In this document: piece after piece, positions 51,201 to 61,700 of the stretch
Layout: every line of letters starts with the position of its first letter
How positions within the stretch are numbered: the first letter of the stretch is position 1
Assembly (NCBI GenBank): GCA_965285935.1
Contig: OZ260661.1
Location: 6,634,001-6,698,000, forward strand
DNA length: 64,000 nt
Direction: 5' to 3'
Origin: Ophelia neglecta
Taxonomy: Eukaryota
Translations under genes and position numbers: made by a program
The notes under the pieces: generated by a model
What the model was told of the DNA's origin: nothing
What the model saw: the letters and a program-made list of their open reading frames with translations, nothing else
Databases searched by the model: none

Positions 51201-54200
51201 ACAGGAGGTTGTAATGTGAGGTTGTAATGTGAGGTTGTAATGAGAGGTTATATATACCATCTCCCTCTCTTCCTCACCTTTGTGTTTCAGATATAGATTG
51301 TCAGTGTCTGAGGTGTCTTTAGGGCATGTGGCCCCTCTAACATCCCTCCCCTCATCCCCCTCCCCCTCCCTCCCTCCCATTCTTCCCTCCATACCCCTCT
51401 CTTCCTCACCTTTGTGTTTGAGATAGAGATCGTCAGTGTCTGAGGCGTCTTTGGCGGCCTGTAGCCCCTTTAACATCCCTCCCCTCATCCCCCTCCTCCC
51501 TCCCTTCCCCTCCCCCCCCCTTTCATCCCCTCTCTTCCTCACCTTTGTGTTTGAGATAGAGATTGTCAGGGTCCGAGGCATCTTTGGCGGCCTGTGGCCC
51601 CTCTAACATTGCCCCCCATCCCCCTCCTCCCTCCCTTCCCTTGCTCCTTCTCCCTCCCCCCTCCCATCCGCCTCTTCCCTCCCCCTGCCACCCCCCCCCC
51701 CCATCTCCCTCCTCCCTCCCACCCGATCCCCCTCCCATCCCCCTCCCTTCCTCACCTTTGTGCTCCAGATAGAGATCGTCGGGGTCCGAGGCATCTTTAG
51801 AGGTCTGCAGACCCCCTTACATCCCTCCCCTCCCTCCTCCCCATCGCCCTCTCTTCCTCACCTTTGTGCTCCAGATAGAGATCGTCGGGGTCCGAGGCGT
51901 CTTTAGCAGCCTGAGGGTTCCGTTTACATTTGACCTTCAGCTCAAAAACCAAGGTGTCGTCTGATGTTCCTTCAGCATCGTCTTCAAGGACAAAAACAGG
52001 ATGCTCATTTTACTACATTCCATATTAACCAATTGAAAAAAAACATGGCCATTTTGTGTCTACTGATGCCAAGGTTGTTTTACGTGGCTTTCAACACTTA
52101 TCTGGTCATATCAACACGGTATCTACTTCTGACAGTGGGCTCAATGCCCTCTTAGCCGTAGACACCAGACAGGGAACCCCACCCAGTCACATTATACTTA
52201 CACCGGGTTGACTTCCACTAACATACTATGAAATTATCACTGCTTGAGTACTTTTAAAACACTATATTTGAACACTTTTGAAAAGCATTCTTTTCCAATC
52301 ATTTGAATAAGAATTTATTCTTAGATTTTTAACTAATCATACTCTGAGGTTGAACTTTGCTTAAAAGATGCAAAAACATCTAATCATACTCTGAGGTTGA
52401 AATTTGTTTAGAAGATGCATCCAAGACTTTAACTTGAACTGATAGACATTTTTCCAAACAAGTTGGTTCTGCCAGCCTTGCACCAAAACCTCTTAGAAGA
52501 AAAGCAGAGCCTTGTACTTGAGATGGCAGGGACATGCTATACTGTATGTTGGGAAAACTGAATTGTATGTCTGTGTCCATTAGAAGCAAAGGGGGCAAGA
52601 AACAGGCCTGACAGCATTCGGAAATGTACACATGTTAGATGATGTTTTTGCTTCAAAAATTTAAAAGATAGGGCTCAGAGGATAAAGAAGATAGTTAACA
52701 TTTTCGTGTTGGTCAAGTCCACATATTATTGTGAGTAAGGCGCCAACTCTTGTAAATCTGGAGCTATAGTCACCGCCACATGGCACTGCTGAAAATTGGC
52801 TATTTGGTAGTAGTGGGGGTTTCCTTTAAGGATGACTAGTTTAAGACAGTGACAAGGGTTACTGTTAGTAGTATAGCATTCACTTTGTATAAAGTTACAA
52901 TAGTAGTACAGTGTTCAGAGTGAGCAGTATACAAACCAGCGTTTCTGTCTCAGTTCTATACAAACTATGGTGGGCCCCATGGTTCGTTATATTGTGAGCA
53001 GTATTAAGACACTTGTAAGGGTTTTTAGTAGCAAAGGGTTTATTTTGAGTAGTATACAAACCAGCGTTTCTGTACTCAAAGAGCCTGGGGTCTGCCTTGA
53101 TGGGGATGAGGCCCAGCCGGTGAGCGAGGACTTCGTCCTGGATGATCGAGGTGTTGTTGTAGATGAACACTTTCTCAATGGCCATCGTAGGAACCTGCCA
53201 AACAGGAAACATGATCATTAACAGCCAGCAGACGGCGATTTTGCAGGCTTTTAATGCCTACTGCAATTTTTAATGCCAAATAGTAGCATATTTTTAGTCT
53301 CTTGTTTTCTTATTGTACAGAGTATGTAGCACTGGTATCGTGGTCCATATTACTTCAAAATTGTTACAGAAAAACAAAGCTTATGAAAGGTAGTAAATCA
53401 CATTAATCATAAACATGTCTATTTCTTACTGTTTAATATCGGTAATAGCTATTTATTTTCACTTCCAGATGTCCACAAGTGAGGGGCACCCCTTAATAAT
53501 TACTATAAAATGGCTACTCAGAATGTTACTGAGAAGGCTTTGTGAAAGAAATTCTTTTAGTAGCCCTGCAAACATGCCAGGGCCTGACATAATTTTTATT
53601 TTTTGCCTGCCCCAGTAGGGCAGGTGACCAAAATTTCTACCTGCCCCAAGAAAATTCTACTTGCCCATAGTTTTTTCTATCATTCTAAAATACAGTATTA
53701 TATTTGGACAAACGAGCGAAGTTTTACGCGGGAAACTGTGACACAGGGATTCACTAACTGCCAAATTAGGAAGTAGGCCGGAAATGGGTCAAGTGTCATG
53801 GCATACCAAAACAACAGGCTCCCTCTTACGCAGGCACTATTTTTTAAAGCAACTAATAAAAGAAATCAGGGATGTGATCACTTGCCCCGTCAGGCACGTA
53901 AACTGAAATATCACCATGCCCAACAGCCAATACTGCCTGCCCCAGGCAGTTGGGCAGTGGGTTATGTCAGGCCCTGCATGCATTGAATCACGAGTTAAAA
54001 GAAGCCGCACATCACTATCAGATTTGTAGCCGCATGAAGCCGTCCTTGCTCTCCATAGGCCACCCTAAAGAGGACAACCCCAAAAGCCTCAGAATCCAAT
54101 TATGATGGGAGGGTTTCTTTGCAACTCAAAAGCCATATCAGTGAAGTGGGCTGCACCACCGACAATCGTTCTAAAGTAGGCAGTGCCACCAAGAACAGTT

Positions 54201-57200
54201 CGAATTGCTATGAAAAAAGTTTACTCCAAATGTTCTATTAGTGTATTGAAAGCCTACAGAGGGGTAAAATGAGAAAATGCTGAAGTGCAAAATATTTTAT
54301 GTTTGACAGCACGGTTGGTTTACCATAAAACATTTGTATTAAGTGCAAAATAAACAGGTCTCAGATCAATAAAAGCTTCAAATATCCTTGACAGACAGGG
54401 ATGCGTTTAATCAAAGGGATTTTGTTGAGTCAAGTCAAAAATATGTTGATTCACGATGATATACAAAGCTCAAAACGGCCAGATTCAGAGCAGAAGAAAG
54501 GTTTGAAAGGTCCGTACAATGGGGGTGCGGTTTATTCAAGATGGCGGTTAATAAAACAGGTTTATGTAGTGGGAATAAACAGATAAAGCAGCAGAATTAC
54601 AATGAAAGTGTCAGGCAATGACACCCTGCAGATCATTCTTTTTTTTTTGAGAGAGAGAGACAAAATAATTATTTGTATACTTCAGTTAGTATGAGCAAAA
54701 GATTACAATGATTTATACTACTACATATCTCTGTTACCTCCGACAGTAGTATTCTTCGGAAAGCGTTGGCTATCGATGCGTCAATCCCTACCATATCAAA
54801 CTCCATCTCGGAGTCGGCCATATTTATTACATCGATACGAAAGTTCTGAAAAACAGAGGATAAAAACAAACTTAAACTTGCAACTTGCGAAGAGAAGCAT
54901 AAGATTGGAAATGAATATATTCAGGTCATTATGACAAACAGATCATGCCATTTATTTTGTTTCAGGGTGTTTCAATGTACAGTGAAACCTGTGAATTTAG
55001 ACCACCCAAGGGACTGAAAAATACTGGTCTGATTATGAAGGTGGTCTGCTTAGACAGGTTATTTTACATTGAAAGTGTACAGGATAGTTTTCAGTTTAGT
55101 GGTCTGAATTGACAGGTGGTCTGAATATAAAGGTGGTCTTTAAGGCAGGTTTCACTTTATTTCAACAGCCAGCGCATCAACGAAAGAGCTCAGCCAGCAG
55201 AAATCAAAGATAGAGAAACCTGTGTGTCGTACTTTTGAACTCACCAAAACTTTTCCATGCATGGAACATGAAATCATTGCGGCAGCGCTGGAGGGGCAAT
55301 TAAAACTCATTCTTACCTTAGTGAATTTTTCATGGTTCCATGAGTCATCATAGCCAGCATAGGCATCAGGGTAGTCTGTACTACTCACCTGCAAACAAAG
55401 AAAACACCATACTTACTACTCATAGTTATTTTTTATCATGATTATGCTGAACATTGTCAATTATATTGCCCCTTGATATTGAGGTTCATCATGAAAACAG
55501 AGGGAAAATACTACTTATTTGATGAAAACTTATTCTCCTGATGTCCATTTGAATAATTCTTAGTTGTGGTGTGTGTAGGGTTTGACGAAATTATAGGAGT
55601 GGCCTCTAAGGTCCCTGGGGTCAAAATCAAATCATAAGCATAGGCCAGATGGTATTTATACCATATGGCCTTTATTCCTCTTAATCTGGAGAATCGTCAA
55701 ATGACACGTGTGATGTGCAGGTGTCATGGCCGCGATCAGATGTAAACATGGAGAGAACGGGAGAACAGATAAGCTTCGTTTATTTAGTACTAATTGGTTC
55801 ACCTAGCGCTCAGCAAGTCATTCAAAAACAACTGTAGCACCAATCCTGATGCATTTCCCCATAAACCTTGCTATTTCCACTCGGCTTAGGTAATTATCCA
55901 CTCGGTTAAGGCGATTCAATCGGTTCAGTCAGTGGGATACTTTGGATACACCGTGCTAACGTTGCTCCCCTGACCACGGTCATACGAAACGACGCACCAT
56001 ACAAACCGTAACGCACCGCACGCACCGTAAGGAAATGCAGCATTTCCGGGCGTCAGCGCCAGCCGTGTGCGCTGGTTGTTGGCGCGATATCGCAGTGCAC
56101 CCTAGCCGGCCGCATCGCCGAAGCTACAGTCTTAGGTGTTAATGACAAGTGGCTTAAATTTTATTGTACAACAGATTAGATAGCATATTAGATCTAAAAA
56201 ATTATTTAACTGTATTTCTTGGGTAACAACCGGTGTAAGTCAGGAGTTTCCCTTCGTAGCAGAGTACACAGCTCCGCTCTCTTCGCCTGTAGCACTCTGC
56301 CGAAATCCATCAATAGGGAATTCCCTTATCTAATTTGCATACTAGGCAACCTCAAGTGATCTCGTACTGACCCGGCATATATATTTCTGCCGCTGTCCCG
56401 CAAGCGCGCTGACCTTCGTATCAACGAATAAGATGTAGCCTTCCGCACAACTACGTCACGTCACAGCGCATCATTGTATTTAATAGAAAAGGGCTTTCCC
56501 CATGTATGACGTCAAACGGCCTCGTTTTCGAATTCCGGGTTCTCGGAAATTTTCCTCGGTTTTCGGCAGAGGGTGATGCGGAGAAGCTATGCGATAAGCA
56601 TAAGCCTCTGCTGCGAAGGGTAGTCAGGAGTATGTCACAGGTACTCGTACGGTGTTAACTGATTGCAGTTCGGTTGGGCGCCGCATTTGCACTTCCCGAC
56701 AGACTAGCAAACTGCGATGTAATCAAAGGCCGTATACTTATGTGTCCGAGAACCGGCCCTTCTTTGATTGATGCTGATAATCTTACATCTAAGGCCTCCG
56801 TGGACAACAAAACTCACTTAAATCAGTGAATAAAATGACAGTTAGAAGTGTCAGAAAGAACTCGCGATAAGCCACGCTATGCAGCCTCGTTTTCAAGCTT
56901 TCGGAACAACCATGTTGGATGTATTTTCACGAATCGCATTGGCAAATCTCGAGCAATATTGTCACTTGCCCCAAATAACAGTTGTAAAGAGAACGAACTT
57001 TTATTGGTATTATAATCCTAAACAAGTATTTGCTCAGCGCCAGCCGGCCAGACAACCGTCATAGGGTTTGGCAAAACCTTCAACCTGGCAGAGTTGCATT
57101 TGTCAACAGCAGTGTACAAAAACGTATCAGTGATACGGCGGGACACAATGGACCACCCAATTTTCTTGGGCCCAATGTACCTACATGGGAATTCAGACAC

Positions 57201-60200
57201 TGATACCTACCACACATTTTTTTCCCATGTTGCACAACATTTAGGAGAAGTGCCTTCGCCACCTGTCCTTGGATCTGACCAAGAACTATCAATGCAGAAT
57301 GCGATGGATAGAGCATTCCCCGGAAGCAAGCACATTTCGTGTGTGAAACACTTAAAAGGAAATGCCATGGACTATTTACAAGACAAAATTGGAACAACAA
57401 CAAGCCAACGGAATGGAATTATTCATGGAATATTCGGACCCGATGGACTAACAACTGCAGATGACGAAATAATCTATAATCACAGACTAGAGGCACTACA
57501 CACATTAATTAAAGAAACCGTACCAGAATTTAAAATATATTTCACTGGACATATTGAGAGACACTTAAGAAATAATCTACGTGCACAGTTGAGGCATCAA
57601 CATATTAATGGACTTACAACATGGACAAATAATAACTGTGAAAGTCTTAACCACATTTTAAAACAACTAGTAAAGTGGAGGCCACAGAACATTGTAGATT
57701 TAGTTTTAAAACTTGAAGATTTTATTAGGGCACAATATAAAGAAGTAGAAAGATGCTTAGCAGGTGTTAGTGACTATGTACTATGTGATGAATATAAAAA
57801 ATATTCTGTTCCCATGGACATTTGGAGCACAAAGGATGCAGAAGCACGCCTGAGACATTTTAAAAGGTTTATGCGGGCAATTAAGCCTTCAAATAATAGG
57901 GTTGTCACTTCCTCTGACGGTTTAGACTGCTTGCCTGCCCCTGTAAATGGAGGTAAAAAACCGGGCCAGGTTAAACGCAGGAGGGCAGCAAAAACCACTA
58001 TTGTAAAGAGGAGTAGGGTAGCTTAGTCAGCAATCTGAAAAATATAAAGCATATAATCCATAAAGCATTTAAATATATATTGCATACATATTTACTAGTG
58101 TATGTACATGTACCAATCAATGCCATTGTTTTAGATCAGTTTGATTGTTAGATTGTTTTTAGTTAAACAATGGTTTGTGTTATTGTACCTTTATCAGACT
58201 GAGAATATGACTCATATTTTTAACATTAATTGTACATACAGTAATATATGTTAATGAAAAATATATTTTTTATACATAACTTGTAAACCTGTACAATAAA
58301 ATATTACATTCATTCTCCAAGTGTTGTTTCTTTATTTATTATTCAATTATTAATCCTCACAAAAAAGCTACTCATCCGAACAACCAGCTGTTTAGCGCTT
58401 TGCACACACCCCTTCCAGTGTGTGGAGAGTACCCGCATACAATAGAGACAGTGCGGGAGGGTGCAGGTTGAAGTAAGAGCCATGAAGCTCTCGGCACAAT
58501 AGCAGGAGAGGGAAGAAAACTTTACGCCTGTTTATTTCCGGCTGAGCAAAACAAAATATTTTTCTCATGATTGAAAAACATGTAATTTAGTTGAAACTAT
58601 GTACAAACTGTGTGTAAAATACACTTTGTCTTTTCAGACTACCGTCTATGTTGCCGATGCATCTCCGCTATCTGGTAATGTGCGGTTCGTTACGGTTCGT
58701 TACGGTGCGCACGGTTCGCTATATCGCATGACCCCCCTGACCAATGTTAAACCAACCTAAACCGTCTGTCACTGCCACGTGCCCATCTCCTTCACAAGTA
58801 GGCTCTTTTCCCGTGTATGGCTTGGCTATCAGGTGACGGGACCTTAACGGTTTATGCTTTAACGCAAAATAAAGCCTGGCTGACACAATGGGTTACATTG
58901 TGGATAAATAGGCATAAATGTCCAAAGCCATGCTTGGTCGGTAGGGGTAAACACCGAAACCGACCGAAACCGACGTCAATCCGGTAGTTACTTGGTTGAA
59001 TTATTTGTGGACGTGGGGTAATAGATGTAGACGAACAATTTCCCAGGCGCTTGGCACGCCTGTTTTCATTTTAGTATACCAAAAAACAAATTTACGATGT
59101 AATGTGCGGACACCGACAGATCGGTGGCCATGACACTTCTAGCCCCCTGGTGGGGCCATCTGGTGGCGGTGTCGGTGTCGTGGAAATTTTTATTGATTTA
59201 TAGATTGTCCCCGGTTTCGGTCGGTTTTCGGTCGGTACGGTCGGTTTCGGTGTTTACCCCTACCCATGCTTGGTCGTGGACAAGCAACTGTTGTAGGGCA
59301 CCAAAATTATTCTTGTCATTAAGTTTATGGTTAGATACTAACCTGAGCAATGGCAAAGCCTTGTTCTCTTTTATCGCTCCCCCTTCCGGTCTCGGACTGA
59401 ATATCGCAGGAGACCATTAACAACAGAGGGCGGCACCGGGTGACAGACCAGGGAGGTCACCGAAGTCAAGAAGCGGACCGATTTAAGCAGATGTATATCG
59501 AAGCTAGAACGCTAAAGACGTCAATAAGGACTCTCTCTTAAACTAGGCGTAGAAGGACCATTCCTACCCTATCTCCCCTCGTCTAGAGGAAGAATACATT
59601 CCTGCGACGTCAACTTCCCGTAGAAGAGATACATCCTATCATCCTGACCATCTCCAAGGCCTAAGTGAGTCATATTATACTACATTCTCTATCATTAGTC
59701 TACAGACCCACCATCACTACTTCACAAGGTAACCGACCAAGTCGTCACCGGGTCATGATCGCCACTGCGACATCGCCACCAGACGGATTTTTTGCAAGGT
59801 CGCCACCGCATGTAAAGTGCATGGAAGACGACACGTAATTCCCTGTGTATTGTCCGCAAATTTTTAAGCTAAAACTAGTAAATTAATATATGTGGGGGTG
59901 CAGATAATAGACAGATACTAAAGTTTCGCAAGTTTTTAAGCGGTAGATCAGCCAAAATCGTGCCCATGGGCGATAATACAAGGACTTGTCCATCGATCAC
60001 AACAAGATCGAAAAATGTCAAAATAGAGATTTTATCGCAAATGATCTTAATTTCCGAAAACGCAATGGTAATTTTGTCTCATTAATTCAACCTTATTGCT
60101 TTCAAATCAAGAGACAGCTGTGGACTTTTGCAAATAGCGTTGAAAAATGTAGGCAACATCCGGCAACATCCTCATGCCCAGTGAAGTAGGACTACACAAA

Positions 60201-61451
60201 TAAGTAGCGAGTCAGTGGCGACACCAAGGGAGCAAAAGCATAACTTGATAAGCATTGAAAATTTGGCCGAACTACTTGCCCACCGCAGCATCATACATGA
60301 TATGCAAGCGACCATATATTTGTTAGTTTAATGACTATTTCCTATAAAGAAGAGAACATGAAATTAATCAAAACTAAAATTTATTAACATACTTACAAAT
60401 TTGCATTTATTTTATGATAATAATTACACATAACTACTTGTTAGATGCATTCACAGTGAGATATCTAAATATCCCGCTACCAGTGGCAGTTATACATGAG
60501 GCAAGCATGTACAAAAACTGTTTGAGTAAGTAGGTAATTGCTGGAATGGTTATAGAGCCATTCTGATTCGCCATCTTTTGCAAATGCTACCAATATTTTC
60601 TTCGACCTTTTAATTGCTTGCAAATCCGACAGCGAACAATAAAAGGTGAGAAAAATTAAACCAAGGCAGAGTAGCCTTGGTTAAACTGAGATTGTTTGAT
60701 GAGGGAGTTTGTGCGTAAGGTGTGACATACGAGTCAACATGCAATGGCAGGCCGGGATTTCAAAAGAAGTAACCCTTTGAGCTTAAAAAGCTTATAATTG
60801 CGTTCCGTGGAAGGCAATTGATCTAAATTTGAATTGTACGTTTAAGTTCTACCTCCTGCCATGATGAAACTGCAAGCGATGACTTACATTATCATAACGT
60901 TAATCAAAACAAAAATTGTGCAATATAGTAAATTTATTTGATTTTTCCAATATTTCGTTGTGGATTTTTGTACTGTGGCGTATGACTTCGTTTTAAAAAG
61001 TTAATGCGTATGTTTACTATCGAAAACGTTTACAAGTAATGCTGCACAATGTAACTCTATCATCTTTATTTTTTTATTATTGTTCCTTCATAATACGACA
61101 AACAAATATCATTACAAAACCAATCTTCATAAGGGTCGTGTATATGTGGTGTCGACCTTGTTGTCGATCTCGCCAAACCCCGGCCGGTGACGACCTTGAC
61201 GGTGACGAATTTGGCCCGGTGACGACATGGACGTGAATCCTTCACAACCATATTATCGCTCACCATTCAAATTAATACACACAAACATGTCAGACATAAT
61301 ACAATTCTTTATAAACACTAAGCTCACATTCGGATTATCGGTATATTCCTTTCGTAGATAACTGGTTTATTTTGGCGGTACTTACATTTGTCACCTCGTA
61401 TTCGGTCAGCGATACCCGGGATCGTATCTCTGAAATTCGGTCCATGGCCAT
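39164..61451 (-). CDS. POLR1C: DNA-directed RNA polymerases I and III subunit RPAC1 (RPC40); 11 coding exons, 1038 nt, 345 aa (whole gene span)
   Basis: Exons of 66, 72, 108, 133, 120, 50, 66, 67, 120, 117 and 119 nt join in frame via GT-AG introns. Hallmark motifs: [69 protein letters not shown]. Confidence 0.96.
39901..40017 (-). CDS. POLR1C: POLR1C coding exon 10 ([18 protein letters not shown]...RVRDHFM)
   Basis: Acceptor ttctccag, donor gtatgt. Confidence 0.93.
40768..40975. repeat. 28-bp GC-rich minisatellite, ~7 copies
   Basis: Unit CACCACCTGTCTGGCGCCGGCTGACCAG. Confidence 0.9.
42397..42516 (-). CDS. POLR1C: POLR1C coding exon 9 ([11 protein letters not shown]...VISIEKVN)
   Basis: Acceptor tttccag, donor gtatgt. 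Confidence 0.92.
43785..43851 (-). CDS. POLR1C: POLR1C coding exon 8 ([22 protein letters not shown])
   Basis: Acceptor tttgtag, donor gtgagt. Confidence 0.93.
44022..44087 (-). CDS. POLR1C: POLR1C coding exon 7 ([22 protein letters not shown])
   Basis: Acceptor tttttcag, donor gtaggt. Confidence 0.93.
44275..44324 (-). CDS. POLR1C: POLR1C coding exon 6 ([17 protein letters not shown])
   Basis: Acceptor ctttcag, donor gtcagt. Confidence 0.92.
44360..45060. repeat. Compound repeat: C-rich tracts plus 13-bp minisatellite GAGGTTGTRATG(A/T)
   Basis: CTTCCCACTTATATATCGAGGGGTTG recurs near 44500, 44700 and 44829; the 13-mer run resumes at 51186-51250 beyond the LINE. Confidence 0.9.
45265..48828 (-). 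CDS. LINE ORF2: AP endonuclease, reverse transcriptase and C-terminal CCHC finger (1187 aa)
   Basis: APE motifs FNCQG, TEHW, GDLN, LDHI and SDHLP; RT motifs [25 protein letters not shown] and QADD; C-terminal CELC..EHLVCTC. Confidence 0.95.
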   Translation of the reverse strand: MTYNYMYRKTLNIFAFNCQGALRTISYIDMLLQRSEIDILIITEHWLRSSNVGLLQQLNKNFNGYGATDLRNESLSYTNPGRRCMGGVGILWKKDLDGYIKVLECTGDRIIPVRIGLPTGYMTILAGYLPSLDQGLEPFLSCLEDLESLYVTHSQSSEVIIGGDLNCFIAGSRGQGAQQPKLASIAGKRASAMAGFLERHGLISWMTNIACVGPNYSREPYVGGPKSLLDHIISRENFQDSIENAAILDDHELNTSDHLPVFVKVNLATYVPYIDPACMGPVGLSWKKATQRGQLANYRASLENILSQTGTPNILYKEDADRFYSHLVDSLNYAARSTIPQQRYRPYLKPYWRKENLDKNHSEMRRLRQLWIADGRPDHLTAISRVNYKRSKAHFRRLHRRLALAEEHQFYNEVDSVAEVDQSKLYQMLKSRKARKSPVPGELRVEDTILRDPQCITNAWQEHFHRLYTYLDHPTFDTEHSAAISEKVSNIHSLVSEEEDPIMGEPVDFAEVTKITAELKLGKKGGYDGLSNEHLRYGGTLLISALVHLFNALYTLGYIPAAMKKGAIITIYKGQRKHKDDRKNYRGISLLPVVYKLLERLILKRWMKWNENNPDLHFPVAIQNGFRPKRSALMASFTLQESIAWAQERGSPVYACTLDSSCAFDCVWHEGLFYKLHQLGITGNLWSMLWNAYTDMQAFVSCDGNQSVSFKITQSVRQGSVLGPVFYLAMINDLGKQLMESDEGLCIGGIFSGAVIQADDIALASLTACGLQKLISIAEEYSHKWRFCFNPLKSNVLVFDKRRRIQKNAANLKWTLNECIIKPVKTCTHVGVLLDAQMDSKDRSTTACAKLRNGIVSLAGYGTHPDGLTPITSARLFTNVVIPSALYGSELWCGLSCTERSSLQTAYRSCLKIIQNLPVRCRSLKVTSLLGLPDVTTLIRKRKLLFFGSLLSLDPKSIPASIIRQRLFQTYLSATETELGFVPEVVSMLKEMGLEGYVTDYLTSGVWPSRHVWKSVVKDALSKVEQKHADSILRADPDFISFRTVHSSTGTPCNLWKAAGVTVGLQPQFAFLVKLLTRNTCQARICELCTRNYTDIVEHLVCTCEDLSLRTHRVSYWTELMNRLDVSFVCFLDGLQSETFINFFLGRWEPGLTSEKTFLEFLKLNVRYWYLLRSKIRNDLLYQYVRD
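48838..50679 (-). CDS. LINE ORF1 (coiled coil plus C-terminal RRM-like domain), split by one in-frame TAA at 50026-50028
   Basis: The 217-aa and 390-aa ORFs share a frame (GAT TAA GAA CAA AAC ATA CGC TTG); RRM-like VFVGNI...YARVQV...WP..VSVRAW. Confidence 0.8.
51262..51861 (-). repeat. Four tandem copies of the POLR1C exon-5 3' half plus donor, separated by purine-rich spacers
   Basis: KDASDxDxLYLxHK followed by AAAG|GTGAGG repeats, with last exon-like base at 51756, 51543, 51410 and 51278. Confidence 0.9.
51862..51981 (-). CDS. POLR1C: POLR1C coding exon 5 ([19 protein letters not shown]...LYLEHK)
   Basis: Acceptor ccttgaag, donor gtgagg. Confidence 0.92.
53062..53194 (-). CDS. POLR1C: POLR1C coding exon 4 (VPTMAIEKV...PRLFEYRNA)
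   Basis: Acceptor tttggcag, donor gtttgt. Confidence 0.93.
53578..53976. mobile_element. hAT-type MITE with 5-bp TSD (hAT5-like)
   Basis: 15-bp perfect TIR CAGGGCCTGACATAA; TSD CATGC at 53573-53577 and 53977-53981. Confidence 0.75.
54738..54845 (-). CDS. POLR1C: POLR1C coding exon 3 (NFRIDV...[11 protein letters not shown])
   Basis: Acceptor tttttcag, donor gtaaca. Confidence 0.93.
54980..55157. mobile_element. Tc1/mariner-type MITE
   Basis: TA|CAGTGAAACCTG ... CAGGTTTCACTT|TA. Confidence 0.75.
55317..55388 (-). CDS. POLR1C: POLR1C coding exon 2 ([24 protein letters not shown])
   Basis: Acceptor tttgcag, donor gtaaga. Confidence 0.93.
56248..56622. mobile_element. 375-bp non-autonomous DNA transposon nested in the MULE (possibly AcademH-like)
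   Basis: Termini TTCCCTTCGTAGCAGAG and CTCTGCTGCGAAGGGTA; TSD GTCAGGAGT at 56239-56247 and 56623-56631. Confidence 0.75.
57022..58026 (+). pseudogene. MULE transposase C-terminal portion (N-terminus missing)
   Basis: IGFGKTFNL (G at the first catalytic D position), GSDQE, CVKH (CxxH) and TNNNCESLN motifs. Confidence 0.8.
58939..59265. mobile_element. MULE-type MITE
   Basis: 27-bp TIR GGTAGGGGTAAACACCGAAACCGACCG; flanking direct repeat CCATGCTTGGTCG (9-bp core ATGCTTGGT, depending on where the ends are placed). Confidence 0.85.
59400..59600 (+). mobile_element. Possible decayed Penelope-like GIY-YIG C-terminal fragment
   Basis: Frameshifted [26 protein letters not shown] pattern; weak. Confidence 0.25.
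59728..61240. mobile_element. Non-autonomous TIR element (MULE-like)
   Basis: Imperfect TIRs GGTAACCGACCAAGTCGTCACCGGG and CCCGGTGACGACATGGACGTGAATCC; direct repeat TTCACAA at 59721-59727 and 61241-61247. Confidence 0.65.
61386..61451 (-). CDS. POLR1C: POLR1C coding exon 1 ([22 protein letters not shown])
   Basis: Resembles the RPAC1 N-terminal RSRVxLxExxVxN; donor gtaagt; phase 0 join to exon 2; two candidate ATGs (61451, 61445). Confidence 0.88.
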
Positions 61452-61644
61452 GCCGTGTTATTAAAACTGTTGCCGCCGAAATAGTCACCACTTCAATAAA
61501 CACAAATGTGCTATATTCAAATTAATGACATGTGATGCATGAAATTACAAAACAATATGAAATGGAATTTTCAAAAGCACCACATAGGATAACTTAATTA
61601 AAGAAGGCATTGAATCTTTGAAATAAAATTGGATGAGTTTCACC

Positions 61645-61700
61645 AAACCGGAAAGGGGAGGGGCGCCATTTTGACAGAGCAGGTAGCTGGAAGTGGAACA
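61645..61700 (-). promoter_or_regulatory. Probable POLR1C core promoter / TSS region
   Basis: YY1-type CGCCATTTT at 61664-61672 and ETS-type CCGGAA (61648) and GGAAGT (61689), ~200 bp upstream of the ATG. Confidence 0.5.

Larger units (their letters stand above)
55977..58734 (+). mobile_element. Mutator-like element (MULE) with truncated transposase
   Basis: Imperfect TIRs CGGTCATACG.. and ..CGCATGACCC with ACCGTAACG sub-repeats; 9-bp TSD CCCTGACCA at 55968-55976 and 58735-58743. Confidence 0.85.

Noticed and set aside
61639-61668. AAAATGGCG as the POLR1C start codon
   Set aside because: Reads MAPLPFPVW* and no splice route tried joins it in frame to exon 1; more likely a YY1 site or uORF
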